DNA from: Octopus vulgaris
Taxonomy: Eukaryota
Length of the DNA: 64,000 bases
Assembly (NCBI GenBank): GCA_951406725.2
Contig: OX597826.1
Span: 30,876,001 to 30,940,000, forward strand
Reading direction: 5' to 3'
Shown: positions 42,367 through 56,769 of the stretch, in pieces
Layout of the letters: each line of letters starts with the position of its first letter
Numbering within the stretch: the stretch's first letter is position 1
Translations under genes and position numbers: made by a program
Notes under the pieces: model-generated
What the model saw: only the letters and a program-made list of their open reading frames with translations
Databases searched by the model: none
Told to the model about the DNA's origin: nothing

Positions 42367-43440
42367 GACACACACATGCGTACTATCATAAACGCATATA
42401 TATAAATACGCGCATATACGTATACAGATATATATATGTATGTATAAATATACCCACAGATATGCATGCATATACATATATATATCATTCCCATTTATTC
42501 CTCCTTGTTTCTAATCATTTTCATTTTCGTCCTTTCCCTCAATCATTTATTTTATTAGTTTATTCTTTCGATTCCTCTCTCAATTAGTGGAGTCGATTAA
42601 ATCAATTTATTCCTGTTATTGTTGATTCAGAAATTAAAAACAACATCAACGGTAACTTGCGTCCCTCACCCCACCACCACCACCACCACCACCACCATCC
42701 TTTTAATTCAGTTTCATCAATGTCTTCGCCAGTAATGGATTGGATTGTGTATTGTTTCTTTGTTGTGTGTGTTTTTGCATTTTTTTATCTTTGTCTAATC
42801 TCTTCGTTAAATCTGTCTTTGATTAGCGAAACAAATGGAAGAGATAAAGAGATTAAGAAACACAGCATTAACGCCATCATTACAATCATCATCATCATCA
42901 TCATCATCGTCGTTGTCATCATCGTTGCCATCATAATCGTCACCATCATCATCATCATCATCGATATCAATATCGTTGTCATTAGTCTCATTGATTTCCT
43001 CCTCCGCAACATCATCATCATCATCAACATCATTATCATCAGAAGCAGCAACAAGAAAAAATCCCACCTCTTAGGCTTGGTAACATTTTTATCGACCCCG
43101 AAAGGATAAAAGACAGAATTGATCTCGTTTGGATTTGAACGCGGAGTGCAGAAGCGCAAATCAAAAGGCATTTCATTCAGTGTGCTAACAACTACGCCAA
43201 TTCACCAGCAGACACAAGCATGATAACGGTTTCAAGTTCTAGCACAAGGCCAGGAATTTCAAGAGAGAGGTTAAGTTGATTACATTGTCCCCAGTGCTCA
43301 ACTGGTACTTATTTTATCGGCCTCAGAAGGACGAACGGCAAAGTTGACCTCGGCAGAATTTTAACTCAACGTAAAGATGGACGGGATGTTACTAAGCATT
43401 TCGCCGGGTGCGGTAATGATCCTACCACCTCGCCACAAGC

Positions 43441-43571
<131 letters not shown>

Positions 43572-43573
43572 AA

Positions 43574-44597
43574 TAGAAAAATCCACAAGCTACTGACTTG
43601 TAATAAGATGCACCATCCAAAGGCAGACATGGATTGTCTTTACCTTCCCAGAGCTCAGGGAGGTCGAGGTTTGATCCACCTTGAACTTACGTACAAAACC
43701 ACCACAAACGGACTGGCCAAATACCTTGAAACAACCAACGATTGGATGCTAAAACTTGTTGAAAAATATGGAAGACCGAAAAAACTTCACTCTATTCTGA
43801 AAGAGGGCAAAAAATTCGCTACTGATCTCTTAGATACCAACCAGATTAATCAGGTTGAAGAATATGTACCAACTGCTGCTGCAAAGAAAATAAAATTAAT
43901 TGCAAAGACAAAAGCACATGAAAAATTAGCTAGCAGATGGGAACAGAAACCTCTGCATGGCAAGTATGTGGCCCGTAGCAAACAAGCTGATGTCGACCAG
44001 AAACACACGCATCATTGGTTACGAAGCTCAGGGCTAAAAGCAGAGAGTGAAGGTTTCATATTAGATGCTCAAGACCAAAGCTTATTAACCCAGAACTACC
44101 AAGCCAATCTGATTTAAAAAATCGAGTTGATCCAAAATGCCTATTCTGTAACGATGAGATTGAAACTATAGACCACCTAATCTCAGAGTGTACAGTCTTA
44201 GCACCTGCGGAATATAAAGCAAGACATAACAGAGTCGGACAGTATTTACATTGGACAATATGTCGGCATTATAAAATCAAAACCGCTGACAAATAGTATA
44301 AACACCATCCTGAAGCTGTGACTGAGGGAGAAAATGTGTCGATTCTCTGGGACTTCCCCGTATATACCGACAAAACTATAAAACCTATAAAAGCTAATAA
44401 ACCGGATATTATTATAAAAGGTCAGACAAAAAAGGTGTGTTTATTAATTGACATCAGTATTCCTTGCGATCACAATATAGCGGCGAAAGAATTTGACAAG
44501 ATCAATAAATTTAAAGACTTGCTAATAGAAATTGAAAAAATGTGGCATCTCAAGTCGGCTACAGTAACAGTGATTGTAGGATCTCTAGGAATGGTAT
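43574..44597 (+). mobile_element. R4/Dong-type non-LTR retrotransposon fragment (RT C-terminus, CCHC knuckle, restriction-like endonuclease)
   Basis: HHPKADMDCLYLPRAQGGRGL; AQDQSL; CLFC...ETIDHLISEC; YKARHNRV; ILWDFPVYTD..ANKPDIII..CLLIDISIP..KFKDL; interrupted by stops. Confidence 0.9.
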
Positions 44598-45700
44598 TTA
44601 TGCCGGTAGCGAAGAATTCGAGAGAGCAAGAGGCGATGAAATTATAAAAGGTTGTTTTTGTATCTTCAGTTTGAAGATTTTCCTTGCAAAAAAGTTGTCT
44701 AATACCTGGATAACGTGATAGCTAATTGGTGCATGCTTCACGATGAATTCGGTGGATGACAGAATACTTCCAAGTTCAGTTCCTGGAACTAGAGTAGCGT
44801 TCTTTGTGCAACATGTGGTTGCAAAAGAATTCTTGCAAAAGAATTGGCCTGTCTCTATTGACCAATCTCGGTTGTTTAATTGCAAGTTCACTTATCATTT
44901 CATCCACTTGGTGGATGTATACATCTGCTGTAATTGACTTACCAGGTTTCATGAAGCTGTAATGGATGACACCAGTGCTGGACCACCAAGCAAGCACTAT
45001 TAGTTTTTTTTTTGGTCAATATTCTTTTTGGGATTGTGTTTTGGCACTTTGTCTCTATCCAACCACCGTGCAGAACGCTTGCTATTGTTGAAAAGAATCC
45101 CTTTTTCATCACTCGTAACAATACGATGCAAAATGGCTCGTTTTATACCGTGACAGCAAAGAACACCAAGTTTCAATTCAACGTGTCATTTGATATTCGT
45201 TCAGTTCATGTGATACCCACTTGTCCAGCTTCTTTACTTTGACGATTTGTTTCAGTTCCAATACAGCTGGAATTGAGACATCAAGCCTCGCAGCTAATTC
45301 ACACGTAGTTTGAGATGTATCTGCTTCCTCGACAGTTTCCAGCTCATCATTATCCACTTTGGTTTCAGGTCTACCACGGGGCTGATTTTCAAGAGTAAAG
45401 TCACCAGACTTCTCAAACCATCGATCAGTGTGCTCATTCACCACATCTTCATCAAACGCTTCATGTTTCGAGTTGTATGGGATGCATTGGTTCCATGATG
45501 GAACTCATATTCATAAACAACACGAATTTTTTATCTATGCATGGGTTCACAAACATTGAAAACAAGAGAAAACTCGCAATAAAATCAAACACGATGAATT
45601 GCATTTCGAAAAATGATGATGTAACACAAAAAATTGTCAAGGTAAAACATTAAAGTTAACGACTGTCAAACTTGGGGCATAATAAAATCGGGCATTTCTT
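44598..45700 (-). mobile_element. mariner transposase pseudogene
   Basis: RWFEKSGDFTLENQPRGRPETKVDNDEL...KKLDKWVSHEL; WWSSTGVIHYSFMKPGKSITADVY...NRDRPILLQ; frameshifted. Confidence 0.9.
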
Positions 45701-45774
45701 TTTTTATCCTGTTTTCCATTTTTCTCGTTGTTTACGTATTTCATGTTATTTGCACCGTTGGTGACGTCCTGTAC

Positions 45775-45837
<63 letters not shown>

Positions 45838-45839
<2 letters not shown>

Positions 45840-47627
45840 AGGAAAAATTGTAAAAAGGCAGAATGCTAAATTGAAAGAAAATTTTAATGAAAATGGGTGT
45901 ATGGAAAATTTTGAAAAATTGATAAAATATATATATATATTAATTCAAACCGGTTTTCGTTATAATGTGACTTTCAAGAATTGTAAAGAAAAAAATTTTT
46001 TTTTAAATGAGGAGGGGGAAAAAAGAAAATTACATTGTTTTTTGCAAAAAAATAATAATAAATATATACAAAAATGTAAAAATAGGTACTCCGATACATT
46101 GTAAAGTCTTTGTGTATCTTGAGTTTAATGATAGTTCACGAAAAAATTACCTTGAAGTATTGAGATCCAATGGGATTAAATCCATGTGTTGTTTAATTTA
46201 ATTAAGGGTGTCTCTTAAGTGAATGGCAAAACAGGAAGTAGTAGTAGTAGTCCAGTTCCTGTGTTGTGAATAAGGGGAGACAACTCTATGGGTTTTAAGC
46301 TCTTCAATTTGTGTTTATCAATTTTTTGTAATAAAGGGTGTTAATAAACCTTAAATTATAAAATTATCATTTTAGCTTCATTTGCATTATCTTTTTTTAT
46401 ATAATTGTTTGCTAACTTAACATTCAGATTTTAACACTTTATTTATATTGTTTTCTAATTATATAAATTTGCATAAACCAATTTATAATTACATTTCAGA
46501 TTGTTATGTCATATATAATAAAAATAATAATAATAATAATAATAACAACAATAATAATAATGATATTTAAAGAATATAAGTTTTAGCTTCAAGTGATGAC
46601 TGCATGGTATCCTTATATATTTGTGTTAGTCCATCCATGGAGAATGAGGTAGAAAAAAGAAGTATGATCAACGAGGAGTTTGCATATTAAGATGCGTTTT
46701 GAATTTTTCTCCTTGTTAATTCTCTCCTGTGTGGTGATTCCGTCTTTACATTGGTAGAAGGGGAATATGTAGAATTTGGGATTTTTGTCTTTAGCGCATG
46801 AGTCTATGTGGTCACTCAGTGGGATTTGCCGGTATTCCGGGAGATTTATTTGTTCTTTATGCACCGCTACTCTTTTACGTAACGGGAGGCTCGTTTGTCC
46901 AACATAATTATGTTGGCAACCAGCGCATGTGAGAACGTAGATAAGGTTCTCGGAGGAACAGGAGAAGTTGGTCTTGATTTTAAACTTCGTTCCTTGTTTG
47001 AAGATAAATTCAGAGCCTTCAAGTAGGAAGGAGCAGGTGCCACAGTTTGGGCGTGCACATTTTTTAACTGCTGGGGGTGAATGTGGTGTGTGAAGTTTGG
47101 CATTTGTCAAGAGTTTTTTAAAGATTTGTGTTGTCTTTTACATTTGAGGATTTTGTGTGTATTTATAATGTTTTTCATTTTTGGGTCTGTTGACAGTAGA
47201 CTGAGGTTTTGTATGATTGTGGTGTATGCTTCGATATTTTTGGGGTTGTGGGTGGAAATGTATGGAAGTATTTTGGGGTTGTGTGTGGTGTTGGGTTGGG
47301 TGGTTTTCAGTGTAATGTTGTCTAGTTCTTTGGCGCGTTTTATTCCATACTATATAAGGGTGGAGGGATATTAGCGTTGTAATAGTGTTTTTTTTTTGAG
47401 GTCTTGAAGGCGTATTTCTCGAGTTTTTGGATCCGAGACAAAAGTCACATTATGACGAAAACCGGTTTGAATTTAATATATATATATTTTATCAATTTTT
47501 CAAAATTTTCCATACACCCATTTTCATTAAAATTTTCTTTCAATTTAGCATTCTGCCTTTTTACAATTTTTCCTTGCTTATCATTTCTCCACGTGCGGTC
47601 AACACAACCCCACCATTTATTGATTTA
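45838..47627 (-). mobile_element. 5'-truncated Penelope-like element with GIY-YIG endonuclease and inverted terminal repeats
   Basis: ORF 46613-47110: CARPNCGTC...FSCSSENLIYVLTCAGCQHNYVGQT...RVAVHK...LSDH; upstream linker ILPYISTHNP; ~137-bp inverted repeats 45838-45974 / 47441-47576; (TA)n on both flanks. Confidence 0.9.
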
Positions 47628-47633
47628 TATATA

Positions 47634-47719
<86 letters not shown>

Positions 47720-48189
47720 ATATATTATTTAATTGAACGCGACGCATCCATTTCCAAGTTTATCTTCACATCTTTGATGCGACTCTCTACTCTATACTGC
47801 TTTCCTCCTCCATCCATCTCTAATTCCCTTTTCTTCCAATCCATCCTCCGCCATTTTCTATATGTCTCTCTCCCCCTCTTTTTCTCTATCTCTTTTATCT
47901 TTTCTCTTTTCAAAAAACATTTCCTCCCAGCGTTCACTATTTTCACCTCGTTCTGGTCTAACGAACCTCCACGTTTGTTTTCGTTCCGTTTCCTTGTATG
48001 TTTCTACTGACCTTTTTTTGCTTTCAACATTGACCCTCCATAAATTCTAAATTTTATTTTAGAATTTATGGAAGCAACTGCCTTTGAAGGCTCATATTGT
48101 CGTTGAATGCTCGAAATAAGGAGTAAATAGACAGCCGACAACTGATGAAGGGTCCTTTATCTGTGTTACTTGTCCTCTTTTATAGCAGG

Positions 48190-48236
<47 letters not shown>

Positions 48237-48237
<1 letters not shown>

Positions 48238-48735
48238 GTGCATTTAAACATAAGAGAAAACTACCTTTAACAGGTAATTTTTACACTCTAGAAGAAGCAG
48301 TCAAAATGAACAAAACCACATTTAAGAGCAATTTTCGAAGCGAATGAAAAATAAAACCTTTTACCTTGTTATTTTGTTTACGGTTATACCAAGGTTTCAG
48401 ATTTCTTCAGCAAATAAAATAATTTGCTAAGCGAATCCTCATCAGTAACCGTGCCATAACAACAAATATATAATTTAGAGACAAATAACACGTATCTCAT
48501 CATTATATGTTATAATTTTTCAAATTTTTATTTCATTCCCTTCGAAAATTGCTCTTAAATGTGGTTTTGTTCATTTTGACTGCTTCTAGCGTGTAAAAAC
48601 TACCTGTTAAAGGTGGTTTTCTCTTGTGTTTAAATGTACACTATTTTATATTGAGAATATATTCTCTATTGACTTTTTATACATGCTAGGCTGGTGGTGA
48701 AATTTCTAAAAATATTCGCCATCCTATATATACCT
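48237..48735. mobile_element. Non-coding foldback element (likely Penelope-derived) with central hammerhead
   Basis: Inverted arms 48237-48356 / 48526-48640; adjacent to (TA)n. Confidence 0.7.
48380..48452 (-). ncRNA. Minimal type-I hammerhead ribozyme motif
   Basis: Minus strand ACGGTTA-CTGATGA-GGATT...AATCT-GAAA-CCTTGG-TA-TAACCGT; 7-bp stem I, extended stem II (TTAGCAAAT/ATTTGCTGA). Confidence 0.8.
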
Positions 48736-49723
48736 ATGTATTTAACTATTTGTTTATCTACCTACCTACCTACCTACCTATCTATCTATCTATGAATCTA
48801 TCTACCAGTCATTATCCATCTATCTATTTATCTAGCTAACAATCTCATTGTCTATCTCTCTAGCTATCCACCTATCTATGTAACCACTCTCTATACACCA
48901 ATTGCCGCCATCCCTCTCACTGCAGCTCTCATCTGCCCTCTTCAACACACACCCTCTCCATGTCTTTCACTAACTTTCTTTCACTTTTGCTTTCACGTTT
49001 TACTTTTTCACATTCGAATGGCAAAAGAATTCGAAAGAGGAAAGACAGAAAGAATGGTGGTGGTGATGGTGGTGGTGGTGGTGGTGGTGGTGGTGGTGGT
49101 GGTGGTGGTGAAGATGGTGTTGATGAAAATGGTGTTGAAGGTAGAGTAGATTGATTATGGTGAAAGTGACGGTATTTGTAATGATGGTAACGGGTATGGT
49201 GAAGGTGAGAGTGACGATGGTAATGATGGTGGTTGTGTTAGTGGCAGTCGTGGTGGTGGTGGTGGTGCTCCTGCTGCTGAGGGTTGTGAGGGTAGTGGCG
49301 GTGGGGATTGGTGAAGGTGGCGGAGATGACGGCCAAGGGCGAGGTAGAACCTGATAAAGGTTTTGTCATGGATGACAGTCTCTCACTCATATCCTTATCT
49401 TCGAAACATGTTATTTTTTTATTCCCTTTCTTCTTCATCTCCGCCATTTTGTCTCACCATTTTCTATCTCCTCCCGCCCCGTCCAACAGCATCCTCCTAC
49501 TCCGCCCATGTCTTCCGTTTTCCAATTAACCATTTATCTGTCTGTAATCAATCCACTGGAGTGTGGGTGGTCAGTGAGGGCTGAGGTGGGGAGGGTGCGT
49601 CTCCTTGACGTTCGCGGACATGTTGGTAGCGGGGAGGGTCGAGCGCGGTGAAACAACATGGCAGTCAGTTCCCAGAATCTCTCGATGGTTTACAATATTG
49701 CTAACGTTGTTCTTGTTTTTTCG

Positions 49724-49776
<53 letters not shown>

Positions 49777-50072
49777 TGTGGTGGTTGTGGTGGTGGTGGT
49801 GGTGGTGCTGGTGCTGGTGCTGGTGCTGGTGTTAGTGCTGGTGGTGGTGGTGGTGGTGGTGCTGGTGGTGCTGGTGGTAGTGGTAGTGGTTCTGCAGCCA
49901 TCGTGATTGAGTCTTGCTACGGATATATATCAGTCCAGGGACTTGTTTCGTGTTCACCTGGTCCCTCATGTTCCCTTAGATAAATACCAAACAGGCGCAA
50001 GCGTACATGTGGCATACCTGCATGCGTATGTGTTTGTGTATATGTATGAGTGTGTGTGTGTGTGTGTGTATC

Positions 50073-50118
<46 letters not shown>

Positions 50119-50188
50119 CGTATGTGCGTGTGTGTGTATGCTGCAATAAGAGGAAACGACAACAAAACACTCACACATACGCATATAC

Positions 50189-50219
<31 letters not shown>

Positions 50220-50837
50220 CATGCATATATACTTTTACATATATATCTATATAGATATACACATATATATACATACATATATTTACATTTATATGTTTGT
50301 GTGTGAGTATGTGTGTGTGTGTGTGTGTGTGTGTCCATACATATGTAATAGCAACAAGATATACTATAGAACACGAACAGGCGCGCGCGCACGCACGCAC
50401 ACAGACACACTCACACATATAAACACACACACAGTCGCACTAGTTAAACGCACTGCACACAAACAAACGCGCACGTACTCATATACACGCATTCCAACAG
50501 AATGCGTGACTGTGTGCGCGCATCGACATGCTTATACATATTACAGAAACAAATCCCATCAAAACGACCATCCACACACACACACATACACACATACACA
50601 CATGAACGAAAGTACGCATACACGTATACATATATGCACACCAATACCTCCATACATGAAAATGAGAACTACTCTCTACAATTATACTTACACACAAATG
50701 CATAAAAGGATAAAAGTACGAACACACGTTTGTGCATACATATACATACACACAAATATATATGCATGCATGAATATATGAGAACATGCAATCATACTCT
50801 CATACGTATATATAAATGCATATATATAATATATATG

Positions 50838-50874
<37 letters not shown>

Positions 50875-50910
50875 TATGTATGTATATATATATGTATTTA
50901 TATATGTATG

Positions 50911-50971
<61 letters not shown>

Positions 50972-51025
50972 GTATGTATATATACGTATGTGTATATATA
51001 TATATATACATATATATATATACAC

Positions 51026-51076
<51 letters not shown>

Positions 51077-51167
51077 AATATATTCATACATATATGTAAC
51101 ATATATATATATGCATATCTATACACGCACACATATACATGCGTTTCTATATATATAAATATATAAG

Positions 51168-51245
<78 letters not shown>

Positions 51246-51587
51246 CATATATATATATACATATATATGCATATATGCATGGTATACATGAATACATGCA
51301 TACATATTTGCAAACATATACATGAATGCAGAAACGCCAACGTCACCATCACAACCAGGTAACGTAAAGCTATTGATATCAGAAGACATCCAACTCCTCA
51401 CACACACACATGCACACATACAAGCACATACATATACTACTTCTACTACTGCCACCACCACCACCTCCACTACTACCACCACTATCACCTTGTTTCTCAT
51501 AAAACGAGATTATATCTATCTGTCCCCTGTCACTTATTGATTTAGTGTGGTTTTAGGGAAAAGGACGAATTTTTATAGGGTTCTCTA

Positions 51588-51618
<31 letters not shown>

Positions 51619-51850
51619 GTCTCCCCTCTCTCCCTCTCTCCCTCTCTATCTATCTATCTCACTGCGTGCGTGCGGATGTATGTGTGGTTGTATAATTCTA
51701 TTTTGTGCAGAGATTGTCCAGTAGGGATTATAGCAATATCTATGGCTTATTACGGATGTATGTATGTGTATATATCTATATATTATTTATATATATGTGT
51801 GTGTGTGTGTATTATATATATATATATTATATATATATATATATATATAC

Positions 51851-51935
<85 letters not shown>

Positions 51936-51954
51936 TATGTATATGTATACATAC

Positions 51955-52899
51955 CTAGAGCCACGATCACAAGTTATGCAGATGATACAAAAGTTTCACA
52001 GGTAGTACAGAACCCTGAAGACACTACACACCTGCAATGTGAGCTGGACAAAATATACAAGTGGGCTGAAACGAATAGCATGCAGTTCAATGCTGAAAAG
52101 TTTCAAGCTTTATGCTATCTACACGCAAAACTAAATGCAATACCCAATAAATACACTGGACCTGGAGGGATTGCAATCCCAGATGCACAATCAGTGCGAG
52201 ACCTGGGTATTAACATGAGTAATGATGCAACCTTTCATGTGCATATTGCTAAATTGGCAATGAAATGTAGGCGGCTGACCGGATGGACTCTTAGAGCCTT
52301 TAGAACAAGAGACCAGGAAACCATGATGGTCCTCTGGAGGACACTTGTCCTAAGCCACTTTGACTATTGCTCTCAGCTATGGTCACCAACCAGTGTCAAA
52401 TTAATCTCAGAACTGGAGGCGATCCAACGAAGCTACACGAAGAAGATAGCCTCTGTGCAGCATATAAGCTATTGGGAAAGACTCAAGAGATTAAGATTCT
52501 ATTCCTTAGGGCGTAGGCGGGAAAGATATGCTATAATATACATCTGGAAGATCCTGGAAGGACTTGTCTCAAACTTTGACATCGAGAGTTACACAAATAC
52601 TAGAACTGGATACCACTGCATAGTGCCAAGGACACCAAATTTGCCACCAAGATGTAGGACAAGATACTGTGATAGCCTGGGCTTCAGAGGTCCACAGCTC
52701 TTCAATATCCTCCCTGAGAGACCTGCATGGGGTGGATGCAGATGTCTTTAAAATAAAGCTGGATCTCTTCCTGTCACGGCAGGAGGTGCAGATGAGGGCA
52801 GCTGCATCAAACTCTCTCATGCACCAAATATCAATTGCTGGAGGGCTTTCGTGAAGTAAAATCATGTAGCAACACCGAATGGCGGTGCCTCAGCATGGC

Positions 52900-52902
<3 letters not shown>
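51955..52902 (+). mobile_element. CR1-like LINE, 5'-truncated (RT C-terminal half and 3' tail)
   Basis: SYADDTK, LQCELDKIYKWA..NSMQFNAEK, VRDLG, DYCSQLWSP, LEAIQR, SYWERLKRL; the upstream part of ORF 51705 is microsatellite. Confidence 0.9.
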
Positions 52903-52972
<70 letters not shown>

Positions 52973-53119
52973 TCACAAAAGACAGAGAGACCGGGACACA
53001 GACAGACAGAGGTAGAGAAGAAAGCATAACTCTGTGGTAAGAAACTTGTGTCCCAACCACATGGGCCGACGAAAGCCTTGTGAATGGATATAGTAGACGG
53101 AAACTGGAAGAAGCCCGTC

Positions 53120-53159
<40 letters not shown>

Positions 53160-53247
53160 GTATGTATACACACATATACACAAATATATATGTGCAGATA
53201 TGTATTCATGTGTGGGTGTGTGTGTGTCTCTCTCTCTCTGTTTATAG

Positions 53248-53390
53248 GGCAGCGGACTTGCGGTCGGAGGATCGCGGTTTTGATTCCCAGACCGGGCGTT
53301 GTGTGTGTTTATTGAGCGAAAACACCTAAAAGCTCCACGAGGCTCCGGCAGGGGATGGTGGTGATCCCTGCTGTACTCTTTCACCACTCT
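53248..53390 (+). mobile_element. tRNA-like SINE fragment (distinct family) inside a SINE B copy
   Basis: GCGGACTTGCGGTCGGAGGATCGCGGTTTTGATTCCC tRNA-like arm and B-box. Confidence 0.5.
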
Positions 53391-53450
53391 AAAGGCGGTG
53401 CTCCAGCATGGCCGCAGTCAAATGACTGAAACAAGTACAAAAAAAAAAAC

Positions 53451-53523
<73 letters not shown>

Positions 53524-53742
53524 GATGGGTGCATATTTCTCTCTCACGCACACGTGCTCGCAGTATCTTTGATGAGCATATGTGTGCGAAAGAGAGACTC
53601 AGACAAATAGAACTTGAGGAAGAGATGCATTATATACATATAAAACATAAGGACATGCGCGTGATGAAGCCAGAGTTATGTTTCCTGATGACTTCCATCT
53701 CCCACATGCATTCACAAACCTTTGGTTGACCCAAGGCTATAG

Positions 53743-54478
53743 TACATGATGTTGCATGATAAAGTAGCCAGGGTTCCTTAGCATCGTGTCAATACCAAAA
53801 TAAATTTATTCACATGGCAAAAGCACTCATTTTTTTTCGCTTGCTAGTGTCACTGTGTTATTTCGACCGCTTTTAACTGCCGAGCAAAGATGGCGCGGTA
53901 ATCGACTGTTTGTTACGTTCTCCTCACCGCTTCCTCACCATAGTTGACTGTAAGATTACATTGAGTGAACACCTCTAACCTTTTTTGCAAGATGGTGTAC
54001 TCAGTAGTGGAAAGAGTAGAGAGTGTGAAAGCGGGTGTGAGAACGGGTTCTGTTAAGCAAACTTGTGATATTTTTGAAGTCAATTTTCTGGATAAATGCT
54101 TACTGGCAAAGAGAACGATACGAATGCTGGTTAGGAAGTGGAGCGCTACGGGGTCGGTGCACGACACCTCGAAACAAAGAGACCCTACAGTTCAGGCCAC
54201 TGACCGAAGAATTATACGAAGTCTAAAAAAGTCGACGTGTAAATTAGCGCAGCTGTCTCATATAAGCAGGAGGTTTTGGCAACGGGTGTTGAAAAAGTCT
54301 GAAGTTGAAATCATATTTTACGCCGGGTGCATGGTTAAACGTACACAACTGTGTATTGATGCCACAGGAACCCATTTTCAAAATCTATGATGGTAATCCT
54401 TTCTAGCACTTGTAAATTTATTTCTGCATTTACACTATGTTTTGGAACCCGGGATTATTTTTCGTGCCCAACTCTGTA
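53743..54478 (+). mobile_element. Internally deleted Tc1/mariner-superfamily element nested in a SINE B
   Basis: ~65-bp degenerate TIRs and TA duplication; ORF fuses N-terminal HTH (MVYSVVERVE...RTIRMLVRKWSATGSVHD) to a C-terminus (KRTQLCIDATGTHFQNL). Confidence 0.8.
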
Positions 54479-54828
54479 GAAAGCATTTGCCCAAGGTGTC
54501 ACACAGTGGGACTGAACTCGGAATCATGTGGTTGGGAAACAAGCTTATGAAGGAACCATCGGCGATCCATTTATACTAACTTTAACTATGTACGTGTTTA
54601 TTTGTAGAGACAATGTATAAGCATGAAGATGTGTCTAAGCACACAAGAGTTTGTGTTTATCTGTGTGTAAGTGTACGACGGTTGGCGTATATAAACGCTT
54701 TTTTTTCTCATGTTCTTATTTTTTTGTCTTGTACCCTGAATATGATTGATGCTCCTGGTGATATTACCTGCTATTTATATAAATACACAAAACATACATA
54801 CATTAATGTACGTGTATATATGTTTGTG

Positions 54829-54865
<37 letters not shown>

Positions 54866-54978
54866 AGAGAGAGAGAGATTGATATATAAATACATACGTA
54901 CAATTTACATACATATATATATATATATGGCGGTGCCACAGCATGGCCACAGCTCGTGAGCTGAAACTAGATGTAAAA

Positions 54979-55020
<42 letters not shown>

Positions 55021-55174
55021 CATATATAATATACACGTAATATAATGCAATACTATGGTTATATATAACATAATATACATTATATATATTTACATATGTA
55101 CTGTGTAAGTATAATATATATGTATGTATATATATATATATATATATAATATATATGCATGTATATATGTATGC

Positions 55175-55207
<33 letters not shown>

Positions 55208-55291
55208 TGTATGTATGTACGTATGTATGATACAACGTAGACCGTCGAACGTGTATGAACCATTTAGGCATCTAGATATATGTGTATGTTA

Positions 55292-55347
<56 letters not shown>

Positions 55348-56288
55348 ATTTGTGTGTAATTAATTCCGACATTTAGCGAAACCCTTCCTGTCCTTGGGGA
55401 TATTCCACGGATTCACGGAACAACAAACATGAACGATTTACAGATGGAAGATTTAATTTAGACATGGAAAATGTCACCTAAAACATGGCTGAACAGACCG
55501 CAAATAACAGCTTGGACAGTATACATACATATAAGCATACATACATATATATTCATATATACATACGATACACACATATTATTGCACCTATATATACATA
55601 CATATATATGTATATATATACATATACATAAATGCGGTCTTGGCGATTATTGTGGTAGTGGTTCTGGTGGTGGTGGTGGTGGTGGTCGTCGTCGTTGTCG
55701 TGATGATGGTGAGGGTGATAACTGTAGTGGTACGTGTGGTGGCGATGGTAATGGTGGTAGTGTTGGTGGACGGGTGTGATTTTGCTGCTTATGACGTTAG
55801 TTATGCTAACTGGAGTGTTCGTTAGTCATAGCAGTAATGATGATCTTCGAGGCATCACTAATTTGAGCTCCAATAATTGGAATTAAAACACAAGAACGTG
55901 GAAACAATGAAAGCCAATAAAGTCTGAAATAACGACTTTACAGAATAATTTTACCATAAATACAATCCAGTTACTTAAGACGGCTGAAATTTTATCTTGT
56001 TTGTTGTTTATTATGACAGAAATAAGGAAACATTTAGGGATTATACATACATACATACATACATACATACACATAGATACATGCACACATTCACACCCAT
56101 GAAAAGTAAAGAAAAAAGATGTCCCATCCCAAACTCAACAATAAATTCCAAACAAATTTATACACCCACACACAATTACAAGAAATACAAACACTATGAC
56201 ACAAAAAATAACCTAAACAACCAATGAAGAGTTCAGAAAACAGCATCCAAACGATGTAAATACACCACCAATAACGAGATGTAACAGT

Positions 56289-56331
56289 TCTCGCCTGAAG
56301 ATTGCAGAACCATGAGACTTGAGTCGAGAGA
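56289..56331 (+). ncRNA. Degenerate hammerhead motif
   Basis: TCTCGC-CTGAAGA-ttgcagaaccat-GAGA-CTTGAG-TC-GAGAGA; GAAA mutated and stem II weak. Confidence 0.4.
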
Positions 56332-56678
56332 CAAACTCTCGTTTCAGTTTCTATAAAAAAACATATCCTCTATAACATACATTGAGCACTCCCCTCTGAA
56401 TGCTCCGACATAAATCAATGTACGTATACCAGTGTATGCTCGTGTGTGTGCGTGTATGTGTGTGTGTGCATGCGTGCGTGTGTGTGTGTATGAGTACATA
56501 CATATGCATGTATCAATTACCTCATTTTAGCCATGTAAGAGCATAAAAATGTTTAAAATTAATTTTTTTCTTGAGATGTTAACATTTTCTTCGTACAACT
56601 ACAACCTGGTCACTGGCACAGTTCTGGTGTGCCTCTGTAGAACTATGTGCATTTCAGGTGTTTGTTTGTGTGTGGCGA

Positions 56679-56738
<60 letters not shown>

Positions 56739-56769
56739 TAATCAAAATAAAAACATGATGCCAAGGACA

